A DNA stretch of 64,000 bases from Tubulanus polymorphus (lineage: Eukaryota; Animalia; Nemertea). Location: NCBI RefSeq assembly GCF_964204645.1, contig NC_134028.1, positions 8,060,001-8,124,000 of the forward strand, written 5' to 3'. The translations under genes and the position numbers were made by a program. Below are positions 1-10,526 of the stretch, piece after piece; position 1 is the stretch's first letter, and each line of letters opens with the position of its first letter. The notes under the pieces are model-generated. The model was not told the DNA's origin. It worked only from the letters and a program-made list of their open reading frames with translations, and did no database searches.

Positions 1-663
1 CTTTCGATCCCCCCAAAAAGAGGCATAGATTTTAAGCTTAATTTTGGTGTAATCTTATATTTTTCACATTAACTCAATATATTTCAAAGCAATTATCAAC
101 ATTGGTGGAATATTGACCACCACTCCGGTAGGGGCAGCAGATATTTTAGGAGGGGTGGCTGATTTACAGAGGGGTGGATGCAAAAACCGGTTGTGGCGAA
201 CACTTGAGAGAGTGTTACTTTTACCTGATGGGGTTAACTGAATTCAAAGTCAGGTGAGTTGACCATAGGTCTATAATACAGTCTTGATACTCATGGACCT
301 GAATCTTTAGTTCTTGACTAGGATATGATTTGAATTCTTGAACACGGTTTGCCAGGTTTTGAGATAGATTTTGCACATTACAGTCTCAGTTAAGTTTTTC
401 TTTTCACCAGAAGAGTCATCGTGTTGCTTAATTCATCGTTACTTTTTAAGTCCCAATTTGTATTTTCAATTTAACTGAAAATTGTAGACGTTCGTCGCAA
501 GTACAGTGACTTAAGTGAGTTTGTCTGGTTTTCGCGATAAACACGAATTCAGAATTGAACTTTTTTAACATAGACAATAAGAGATAGGACACGGACTTCG
601 CTCCAACCCGCGTTACGATTAGCATGTGAATTGTTTTGATGATTATTTTCTATGAAATTTCAG

Positions 664-991
664 CGGCAGTTCACGGCGGTACAGCAGGCGTTCGCGTAGT
701 CGTTCGCGCAGTCGATCGCGTAGCCGATCCAGATCGTACAGCCGCTCACGAAGTGTCTCGCGCGAACGTGACAGCAGACGCAACAAAGATGATGCTTCGC
801 CCCGTCGCGATCGGGACGACACTCCGCCGCGTCGCGATCGAGATAGCAGTTCCCCGCGCCGAGATCGAGATGATAGTCCGCCGCGTCGAGATAGAGCTGA
901 CAGCAGTTCGCCGCAGCGCGAAAGTCCACATCGACACCATGACAGCAGCCCTCCGCGCCGCGATAACGGACACGAGCACAGTCCTCACTAA
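664..991 (+). CDS. Terminal coding exon (RS domain plus RD/SP repeats) of an SR splicing factor, probably an SRSF2-like paralogue whose 5' exons lie upstream of the window
   Basis: After the tttcag acceptor (661-663), the phase-2 frame reads GSSRRYSRRSRSRSRSRSRSRSRSYSRSRSVSRERDSRRNKDDASPRRDRDD...HEHSPH, with TAA at 989-991. This frame is absent from the ORF track because it has no start codon. Confidence 0.85.
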
Positions 992-1674
992 AATGAGGAT
1001 CGACGAAGTCAGCTCTTTGAGTCGAATAGTAACGTCGTAGCGGTCTAAAGTGTGCGGTGTACATTCCACGCGTCAATCGAATGCCGATTTTTTTCGTCAT
1101 AGGTAAAAAATGTTTCTTTTTTCGTTCGGTTTCGTCGTGTAATAATTATAAACAAAAATATATTCATATTTTCGAACGATCTGCTGGTACACATACTACT
1201 ACACCTTCGAACACGTTTATATAAATGATATGTATATTTTACCTTCGTAATCTTTTAAATGAAATGGTTTTCGATACAAATTTATTACTTGCCGAGTTAC
1301 TAGTAGTCAAATATTCGGATAGTTGTAAGATTTTGAGATTTGCGATGGCTTTTCAAAGTTTAGACTGGTTCTTTCTTTGGCTTTGATACGGCCTTTTCTT
1401 ATTAAATGTACCGAGAACTTTTTTTACGTTTGAAGTTTTGTATTTGAGAAAAAGAAAATCAACGTGGTCTATATGTATCGCCGCTGAATAAAAAAAAGAA
1501 CATTATTTCGACTTAAACAAAAGCGTGAGAAGTCCTTTCATTCTATCGTGAAGTTGTGGAAAATGGAGAAAATTAATTAATTATTATTAAAGTAGTGTAA
1601 TATTGTGCTTTTAAAGAGAAAAAAAAACTTACTGTAAATAATAACATTTTAAAGAGTGGACCGGATTTAAAACG

Positions 1675-1959
1675 CAGTAGATTCTGGCTTAATCCACGTC
1701 GGGCTGTGGTCATGTTCATTGCTCATCTGTCTCGGCTAACCTGACACGCTTGTGGTCATTAGTTCAAATTACTGGTGAGCTCATTTTGGTTGAAGCGATT
1801 GAAGTTGTGGATTCCTAGCTATAAACAAAAAGAAAATACTCGATGTCCGTATATCGGCTTGTCTTGGTTGAAATTATGAATTCAGCTAAGTAGTAAAACT
1901 AGCGAGTTCGTTAGAACTCATTTTTGAATCGATTTGGCTGATAAAGGCAGAGTCTACTG
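1675..1959. mobile_element. Tc1/mariner(pogo)-type MITE, CAGTAGA...TCTACTG family
   Basis: Termini cagtagattctggctt / aaggcagagtctactg followed by TA. Relatives at 3391-3561, ~5930-6074, ~8504, ~57824-57966 and ~60726-60881. Confidence 0.6.
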
Positions 1960-2698
1960 TAAAACTCGATTAAATCTTATTAAGCAGTTGTCATCAATCA
2001 GCAGCCTGTAGCGACCCCTTGGGTTCAGCCATAAAGTTTTGTTGATACCATCTTTTGGGTGGTCATGTATTGGAAATGAAGTGATGAATATCTTTCAAAA
2101 GGGTTGAGGCTGCGGATTGGTGCCTGCGCATTTTTTTCACACGCGATGTGAACTCGAAATTGATTGATCATTAACCAATATTTCCTTTCCTCTATGTTTG
2201 ATACAGGAGCCGTATTTAATGCTGTATTGTCGCAGTAATGCAGATTATTAACGCTGCTGACATGCAAAATGTTCAAATAAAATGCTGCTGTCGTTGCTGT
2301 AAATTGTACGCAGTTGTAATTAGCACACGGCTCGAAAATAAAGGTGAAGGGGTGTGTTGTTAGCAGGTTATATCAATACAATTGCCGCGTTTACAAAATC
2401 GCCATCGCAGGTTCCAGGTTTTAGAGTCGAGCAGGTTCCGGGTTTTTGAGTTCCAGCTTTTCCATACATCGCAGGTAAATTGATCATCTCAAAACTGACC
2501 ACGTTCGAATAGTATGAACGAAGCTAGCTGCCATCGAATGCATTTGTCGTTCGAAGGTGAATATTTGTTATAAAAAAATGTGTCTAAAAAAATGAATACA
2601 CTGGGTGCTTTGAGGAATTCATATCAAGACGAAAATGTCACGTGGAATGCAAATGAGGCAGTGGCACATAAGATATTTTCAAACTCCAAAACTGTTAA

Positions 2699-3111
2699 CC
2701 CTTTCAAAGTGTCCACACCGCAGTGTAGTGTATACCGGTAAATCACTAATGAACTTCGCTAGTACACTGCACCGTGGTGAATACATGTAATTGGTGATTA
2801 GTTTTTACCTAGAATGAAAGATGGCAACACCTTTCGGAGACAGTTATTGATCAGTAGTAGATACACCGCGCTGCACTTCTTAGTGGTATGCCCATTCATC
2901 AACACACTGGGGCTGGGTGGAATTTTTAAAATTCCCTCCAGGGTCCAGTTTCATGAGAAAAATTAACAGAAAATTTTTGGCGCAATTGCTATTGGTTACT
3001 TCATTTTTCAATGACGACAACAATTCGATCTTAACTGATTATATAAGCATAAACTTTTTCATGAAACGGAACCCAGCGCGTAAGGATATTAATTAGTCAG
3101 CACTGAAAGGG
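2699..3111. mobile_element. piggyBac-like non-autonomous element
   Basis: ttaa|ccctttca ... tgaaaggg|ttag. The internal sequence recurs at ~56790-57460 (+) and ~58700-58951 (-). Confidence 0.6.
2942..3073. mobile_element. PIF/Harbinger-type MITE nested in the piggyBac-like element
   Basis: cag|ggtccagtttcatga ... tcatgaaacggaacc|cag; 3-bp CAG duplication. Confidence 0.6.
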
Positions 3112-3390
3112 TTAGGTCCATCAATGTTGTTTTAGAAATTGAGTTTCACCAGCTGTTTTGCTTCTGTGTAGTAAGCATAGCGAATATATTCATTATTTTT
3201 CGGCCCATTCAGATTGTTCCGTTGAGTTTTCATACTATTCGAACGTGGTTACTCTGTTGCTATGTATTATGTGATTAGTGGATTTGAATGCCAGGAGACA
3301 ATTTTTCGGTCATAGTTGGAAAATTTAGATAACATCCAACTCGGATTAGAATGCCGCACAAGGTAAGTGAAAGGAACATAAATGGACATA

Positions 3391-3561
3391 CAGTAGACTC
3401 GGCTTATCGTATACATTGAGAAATTGTGTTAATTATTTTCATACTCCAATTCATCGCGATCATGGCCCATCCCTGCTCCCACCGCCCCAGAACTAAGTTG
3501 TGTACCTTGGACAGAATTTAAATATTCATCTCGCAAGATCTGAGATAAGCAGAGTCTACTG
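3391..3561. mobile_element. Tc1/mariner(pogo)-type MITE with TA target duplication
   Basis: ta|cagtagactcggcttatc ... gataagcagagtctactg|ta. Confidence 0.75.
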
Positions 3562-3839
3562 TATCATAAGATCGGATGATAAATTTGGAAGTTTTAATTA
3601 GGATGAATACTACTACGATTTGTTATGGAAAGCATATATAAGCATGTAAATATAACCACAATAAATGCATATATTTCGGAATATCTGTTTTGACTTCGTT
3701 AATGAATTAATGCGACGAAGTCTTTATCTCAATGATATGCTCATAATGGTTGAATCCTACAGCGCAAAATGGAAAACACTGACGATGACTTGAGGATGAA
3801 GAAACAACTTAAAAACTCGAGGAAACCTTTTGGACACTG

Positions 3840-4009
3840 GGGCTTGTATTATAAGTTTGGGGGTGAACCGTAGCTTGGATCATCCAGTATCCCTGGTACT
3901 ATATATATAAAAAGAATATAAAAAAAATAAAAATTCTTTTTACATATATAGTACCAGGGATACTGGATGATCTAAGCTACAGTTCACCCCAAACTTATGA
4001 TACGAGCCC
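3840..4009. mobile_element. Almost fully palindromic PIF/Harbinger-type MITE with CTG duplication
   Basis: ctg|gggcttgtattataagtttgggggtgaaccgtagcttggatcatccagtatccctggtactatata ... tatatagtaccagggatactggatgatctaagctacagttcaccccaaacttatgatacgagccc|ctg. Confidence 0.8.
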
Positions 4010-4312
4010 CTGTGCTTTTGGACTCGCTTTTCGTAATGTCCCTTTTCGAATCGTTGATGTAGAACTTAACTCTTTGTTGTGTATTCGCCGATCATCAGTA
4101 GAGGAAAGTCGGGATTCGAACCCAACTCGCAGCCGTGTTTTAACCCAATGGTTTAGTCGTTGTTGATAGAAATGAAATCATTTTTTTAAAGTTTGTCTTG
4201 TACATTATTATACACTGTGAGAAAAATATTGAATTGCACGGCTAAATAGATCGACGTCTTCGCCCTATTAATTACGGGATTCGACTCGAACTCTCGATTA
4301 CACAATGGACAT

Positions 4313-4322
4313 CCGCCATTTT
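4313..4322 (+). promoter_or_regulatory. YY1-type motif CCGCCATTTT near the SRSF2 start
   Basis: Exact motif about 90 bp upstream of the ATG in a CpG-containing stretch; typical of housekeeping promoters. Confidence 0.5.
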
Positions 4323-4405
4323 GCACAACGCCCCTTACTACTGACATTTTCACATTTGCCGTAGGTTTTTGAGATATTTAGTTATTATTTCCCTCAAAAC
4401 CTAGA

Positions 4406-4593
4406 ATGTCTAGTGGTGGACGACGCCCTCCCGATATCGAGGGTATGGTATCGCTGAAAGTCGACAATTTAACGTATCGAACATCGGAAGATGACCTGAG
4501 GAAAGTGTTCGATCGGTTCGGTCATGTGGGTGATGTTTACATTCCACGCGATAGATACACGAATAAGGGCAGTCGAGGTTTCGCGTTTATCAG
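4406..4593 (+). CDS. SRSF2: SRSF2-like exon 1 (RRM N-half)
   Basis: ATG at 4406; ends SRGFAFI-ag|gtatta. Confidence 0.92.
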
Positions 4594-5719
4594 GTATTAG
4601 TTAGTCGGTTTGATATCTAAATGCTATCTTATCTAATTACACATCCTCCCCAGGATGTTTTCCTCCCCAGGCATTGGAACTTGTGGATCTGATGGCTCCT
4701 CAATCTGTCATATGGAGGTTAATTCTTGCAGCGTAACCACAGTTTTTTGTCCGCCATCCAAGCTATTTCTCTCAAATAAACTGAATAATTACCTTAATGG
4801 CTTTGAAATCATGTTTTATAATTATATTTTTAATTATGCAGTGGAGCTGGTTCTTATTTCATTTATTTGAATTGAATTGATTCTAGTCGTTTCAGATGAT
4901 CCTCTGATCCCAATTATTGATTCTGATATTAGGTATTACGATGAAAGAGACGCTCAAGCCGCTATCCATAAAATGGACGGAAAAGATTTGGACGGACGTC
5001 AAATACGTGTTCAGATAGCCAAATACGGACGACCGGATGGACGTCGGAGCAGCGGAGGAGGTGACCGAGGAGGCAGTCGTTATGGTTACAGATCCGGAGG
5101 TGGCGGTGGTGGAGGATCAAGAGATTATGGCGGGTACGTATGTGTTACTACGGCATGGATGGTGGTAAAGCTATTTTTGCTGTGGAGTTCAAACCCTTAG
5201 GCGCATTTGTTTGGAATCAGTTTGTTTAACCCGGTTTATATCGCTTTATTGCGTCATATGCAACAGAACGCAAGTCAGTTTGCGTCGATTTCCTTATTCA
5301 GCCATGTTGGAAAAGTCGGTTTTATCTTGCGAACCGCTCGACGAACGGTTTAGTTGGTTTACGCAAACCGTTAGGTTAACACCTTAACAAAGATGCCAGT
5401 TTATGAAAACCAGTTTATAAACCGGTATTAACAAAGACGATTTTCTAACAAACCGATTTCAAACAGATGCGTCCCCTGACATGTTAGTCACGGTAAGGTT
5501 CCGCCGTACTTAACTAACATAGTGAAAGACTTTAGATTTTGAAATTATAAGAAGAAAATTCAGACGCGACTTTCGCCGTCTTTTCTTAGTTCCAGATACA
5601 ACAGGCGATCGAGGAGTCAGTCGTACAGTAGGTCGAGGTCGCCTTACAGTCGTTCGCGAAGTCGATCCCCGGGAAGGAATTACGGCGGTGGTGGTGGCCG
5701 ACGGGGTAGTCCGTACTAA
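4406..5719 (+). CDS. SRSF2: Serine/arginine-rich splicing factor 2 (SC35)-like gene; join(4406..4593,4933..5133,5590..5719)
   Basis: The [93 protein letters not shown] matches the SRSF2 signature. It is followed by a Gly linker and an RS tail. Introns are GT-AG with consistent phase 2. Confidence 0.93.
4933..5133 (+). CDS. SRSF2: SRSF2-like exon 2 (RRM C-half, Gly-rich linker)
   Basis: attag|g-tat-tac-gat (YYDERD...AKYGRP...DYG); donor gg|gtacgt. Confidence 0.92.
5200..5476. mobile_element. MITE in SRSF2 intron 2
   Basis: Inverted termini gcgcatttgtttggaatcagtttgtt / aacaaaccgatttcaaacagatgcgtc. Confidence 0.65.
5590..5719 (+). CDS. SRSF2: SRSF2-like exon 3 (RS domain)
   Basis: ttttcttag acceptor (alternative in-frame cag at 5593-5595); reads [45 protein letters not shown] 5717-5719. 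Confidence 0.85.
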
Positions 5720-6603
5720 AATGACGATGCGTCGATGGAAATAGAACGGAGACTTCCGCTCGTGGACTGCGGAAACGAGAAACGGTGACTAAAACATTCC
5801 TGTGTTTAGCGTTTAACGCCGCGGCTGTCTTTATAGGTAAAATATAGCGCAAACGGTTAACGATAATTGCACATTTAACGTTTATGAAATATTTTTTCAA
5901 TAGAAATCGCACGTGTTACTACCATACAACAATAGACTCCCCTTGCTTCAGATAACATTTTGTCAGAGTCAAGTGAATTCCAGGGACGATGGGTCGTCAT
6001 CCGATGAATTGGAGCAAGAAAAGTATTATTAAGTCCGATATTGGGGATAATCCAATGCAAGCGGAGTCTACTGTCAACGATATTACTATAACATTATTTC
6101 TTTTTGAAAAAAAGTCTCTGAAAGCATTTCTTCATTTCTGAAGGAGAAAGTCCATTTACATACATATGTTTTATTAAACAGTTTGAGGGGTTTTTAAAAA
6201 TGGATTATCTCCTCTGGGTTGGTCTTGGATTTTTTTTCTTAATAAGCCAATACTCGAATAAGCCTGTTTATTGAAATTATCAACCGAATTTTCTTCTACT
6301 AAAAATCTACTTTTTTTTGTAAATCCATATACAGACAAAATACTTCTAGTACCAAAAATACTTTTGAGAAATACTTGTCGTGTATTTTTCGCTTTTACTT
6401 AAACATTTCTTACGGTGTTGGATTATTTTTTTCTCAAACTCCCGATTATTTATTAATGCTCAAGCATTGTCGTTCGGCTTTCATTGTCTCATTTTCTTAT
6501 ATGTATATTTACGATGATATTTGAACGAACTAAACTTTTAACTTTGCGCAGAGTATAACAGTTCGTCAAATTTTGTTTAGTCGTCGTACTTGCGACCATC
6601 ATT

Positions 6604-6897
6604 AGCCGCGATCACACGGAGAAGATTTGGCCCGAGCCTGATCGGTGCCTAATTAGAGAGCGCGTTCACATGCAAACCATTCACTCGATACTCAACAATG
6701 CTCAAACAAAGCGAAGTGCATCATTTCCGGTGCCAGTTGCAATTCAAACACAATCATTTGTCTGGTGCTAAAATAAGGCTCGGGCCAGGTCCAACGTTTT
6801 TGGTCGGGCCAAATTTGGCCCAGGCCATACAGACTTGGGCCCATTTGGCACCCATGTGAACAGTTGTTCCGGGCCAAATGCTCGTGTGATAGCGGCA
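6604..6897. mobile_element. Harbinger-like MITE family (3 copies)
   Basis: Termini gccgcgatcacacg / cgtgtgatagcggc. The body recurs at ~48654-48880 (same strand) and ~39622-39895 (opposite strand). Confidence 0.7.
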
Positions 6898-7134
6898 ATT
6901 ATGGCTACGGCTTAAATCTGAACTTATCCGCTTAGCACACGTATAATTAATTAGCATACAGATTGGGACTCCAAAAATCAAGACGACTTGAAGCGAGTTT
7001 GACTACAGTATACGTGAGAAATCCTGCAATAATTCAGCCAAAGATTTAAAAGTTCTTGAATAGAATTGTATGTATATTTGCGCAACGAGTACTTATGATA
7101 TGGCCAATAGTCTTTAAGCCGAAATGTTGCGCAA

Positions 7135-7264
<130 letters not shown>

Positions 7265-7554
7265 TCTTCTATTCAAAAGCTTTACATCCTTTGGCTGAAT
7301 TATGGTGGGATTTCTCTCGTATATTCATTTTACACGGATTGTGTATCGCAATATATATACGTACTCGTATTTCAATTTATTGAAAATTAAATAATAATGT
7401 GAAAATAGATAATAAATTTTGATTTGTTCTATTTTATTGTACATTGTATATTAATGTTTTCATGTTTCATATATTATGTAGGAAACGCAGGTGTCATGCT
7501 GTGTCAGCTGCATCTGAATAAAATGCTGGGTGGTGGCAGGTCCTTGAATAAAGT

Positions 7555-7930
7555 AGGCGGTTGCTGTCTTGCAGTCGCAGGGTTAGCAGCTACTCAGTTG
7601 TAGGCAGTTGCGCACGATTCAGAGACAGTTGCCGAGTCGTAGCCGGTTGCTGTCTTGCAGTGTACAGGGTTTTGTCGCAGCTTGTTATAAAGTTGCGCGC
7701 GGTTGCTGATTTGCAGTCGCAGGGTTTCTGAATTGCTGAGTTGCAGGCAGGTTGTGAGGCGGTTGTAGGGTTTCAGAGTTGCTGAGTCGGGGTTGCTGTC
7801 TTGCAGTTGTTGCTGGCGAACCTGAGTTGCTGTGGTTGCAGGCAGATGCTGTGATGCAGTTTGCTGTTGCAGGCAGTTGCTGTGAGGCAGTTCACCGGGT
7901 ATCGGCCATAAAAGGAGGGTCGCAGTTAGG
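7555..7930 (+). repeat. Degenerate GTTGC/GCAG/GCTG-rich tandem array
   Basis: ggttgctgtcttgcagt recurs at ~7559, ~7645 and ~7791, with variants such as gttgcaggcag between them. Confidence 0.75.
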
Positions 7931-10526
7931 CATCATAGTGGTTATTCATTTAGTCCTATACCCCTTAATGTCTCAAGTGTAAATGCTTTTTGATGTTTGA
8001 TATACGTATTAGTTTCTGTGCGTGAAGGAGGAATTTTGTAGTGATCAATTCATGATGAATGAAGAAAAACTTAAAATCTTAATATGATTATTTTATTGTC
8101 TACAAATCGCTAGTATTAATGGATGTAAGTTTGTCTTATTGGAATAAAGCAATTCATATACGTATACATCAATGATGGATTAGTTGTATCTTATGATTTG
8201 TTGGTGCTGAGCGGTTGTCAGAATGGATACTATACGAGGATGGTTAGTCAGGGGTGGATCCAAAAAGTCAAGTTGCCCTGAAATTTTATGGGAACAAATA
8301 TTGAATTCATACCTAAAAAAGTTCATACGCTTGTTTTCCGTATTTCCAAATACTGAGTTCATATTTTCCGAGGAGGTTTCTTTCGAGTGCCCTTTTGATT
8401 ATATGACATACCCTATTTTGGGGTGCACCCCTCCCTGAATCAGCCCACAGATCTGTCCCCACGTGCGTGGCGAAGAGGAAGAGTTGGACACACTGTCCCG
8501 ACTACAGTAGAACCTCGTTACAGCGAACTTCACGGGACCAGAAAATATGTTCGTAATAACTGAAAGTTCGTATATATCCCGTATCAAACCAATCAAATAG
8601 TCTTAGTTGGGGCGAAATTATGTATTTCTTATTGCATGTATATCCAATGAATCGCTTTTTCCGAGTTCGTTATAACGAGTTTCACTGAACAGATTCGTTT
8701 CGAGCCAGCTCTGAAATTCTGTATTATTGACCGGCTGGAATTTCGGAAACATAACAGAGACGAAAAGATTTGGAGCGATTAGCGCGCACCTTAGACGATT
8801 AGAAAATACATTCTCTTGACACACTGTTGCAGAACAGCGGCGGATAGAGGGCCCTATATCTCGGGGACGTTCCGAATTGTATAAGGGCGCTCACTATTGA
8901 GGGCACCTTCTATGTCAAATCACGGCAAAAAGGGCACCTAACATAAAACTTGTGGTTTTCAGGGGCATTTACTACGCCAAATCATCAATGCCAGACGAGG
9001 GCACTTTTACGTCAAATCCATGGATTTTAAGGGCATCTCCGGGGCACAGACAAAGCTCGACGGTATTCCAGAACCCTCAGAACCCCCCTTCTGGATCCGC
9101 CCCTGCAGAATGGAATAAATCCTATTCTTTTCAATCGCCTGGCCCAGTGACGTAGGAGAATAGGCCAAAATCTTAGAATTACATCAAACGAGACGAGTAG
9201 TACTTAATAGGTTAACTATTGTGTCAGCCGCACGAGCGTTCGCTACAAGCTACAAGTGTATATAGACGCTTCATCAGGTGAATGAGGGAACTTCACTCAT
9301 TCACGTGATGAAACTTCTATACAGTCGTGTGGCGATAGCTCGTGCGTCAAATAAAGGGAAGTACCCCTCGCCCCGTTGACTTATGCTACATCCGTTTAAC
9401 ACAGCTCCTCTACGTATCTTATCATCAAAAACTAAATGATATAAGTAGCAAGTTGCGCAAGATCCCGATATCTAGAACCCGTAAAAGCACACGACACAGG
9501 AAAAAGCTCGAAGGCATGTTTCTCAATTTCAATTTGTTTTTATAAGAAAACATGTTAAAAGAATAGTTCCAAACAGAACAAAAATAAAATTGAGATGGAT
9601 TTCTTATGAGGGCCAAGCAAAGGCCAGAAGGCCGCTATGACAAGCACCCTTGAAAAGAAAAAGAAGAGAGAAAAAAACATGAGAAGGCCATGAAAAGAAA
9701 TTTCGTCTCTGTTTCCGTGTTTCCTTGCGTCATGTGCGGAGGGCTTAACTAAAAGACACTACACCTTGCGGTATACCCGCAATTACGTTTCATCATTGAT
9801 CGCATTTTATCCGGAGCACGATAAAAATTCATGAATGATCCGTGTTTCAATAATATAATACGAGCTAAAACATTACATTTTCTGCCAATTCGAAATAATA
9901 TAACAACGAACAATCAACACGACCGCCATTGATTTCGAATATAAAAACCCATCAATCACGCAGCCGAAAATCGTGCAATAATTAAACAAATATCTAAACC
10001 TATCAAACCGGTGATATCATTGCATTATTTTCATTAGATTTTATTTGATCGTATTAATTGTAAAGGGCGCCTAGTGTTGATTTGCAAGGTGTTTTCACTC
10101 TGACCTGACCGACACTTCATTAATATCGCATATTCACGCGTGTTTAATCTCATCACGTTATCATCCACTTCAATCAATCGAATTTATCATCAGAAATTCG
10201 TCTGTTTGCGCTCTGTTTAGTTAATCGTTCGTATTTGCGCGACGCGGCCGCGCAAATGAAATACAGTCGTTCTAATCGAGCGCGATTATTAGATGCGGGC
10301 GGTTAAAATTGCATTATTCACGACAAAAAATCCCCAGCGAACGACGCAAGCAATTCCAGGTCAGGTCCCGCGGGTAAATTAACAAATATTCGGTGAATAA
10401 ACCGCGTCTAATTTCGTTGAGCAGCCAGAAAAATGAATTAAGTTTTAACATATAGATAATCCCAGTTCGCGCCTGTATCGGGTCATATTGGTCGGCTTGA
10501 CCCAGACTGCCTCATCCATTAGCCTG

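Noticed and set aside
1060-1072. 13-nt match tacattccacgcg between the gene 1 3'UTR and SRSF2 exon 1 (~4537-4550)
   Set aside because: It is a single short same-strand match with no flanking similarity, and cannot be distinguished from chance.
636-1100. ORFs 636..1040(+), 660..1100(-) and 746..1069(-)
   Set aside because: These are shadow frames of the repetitive RS exon; the real frame is the third plus frame ending at TAA 989-991.
4890-4930. Possible C/D snoRNA (atgat...ctga) at the end of SRSF2 intron 1
   Set aside because: It is too short, the C box is imperfect, and it overlaps the acceptor region.
9270-9320. Hairpin ttcatcaggtgaatgag...ctcattcacgtgatgaa as a hammerhead or miRNA
   Set aside because: It is part of a dispersed repeat (related sequence at ~17910-18010), and the catalytic core geometry is not satisfied.
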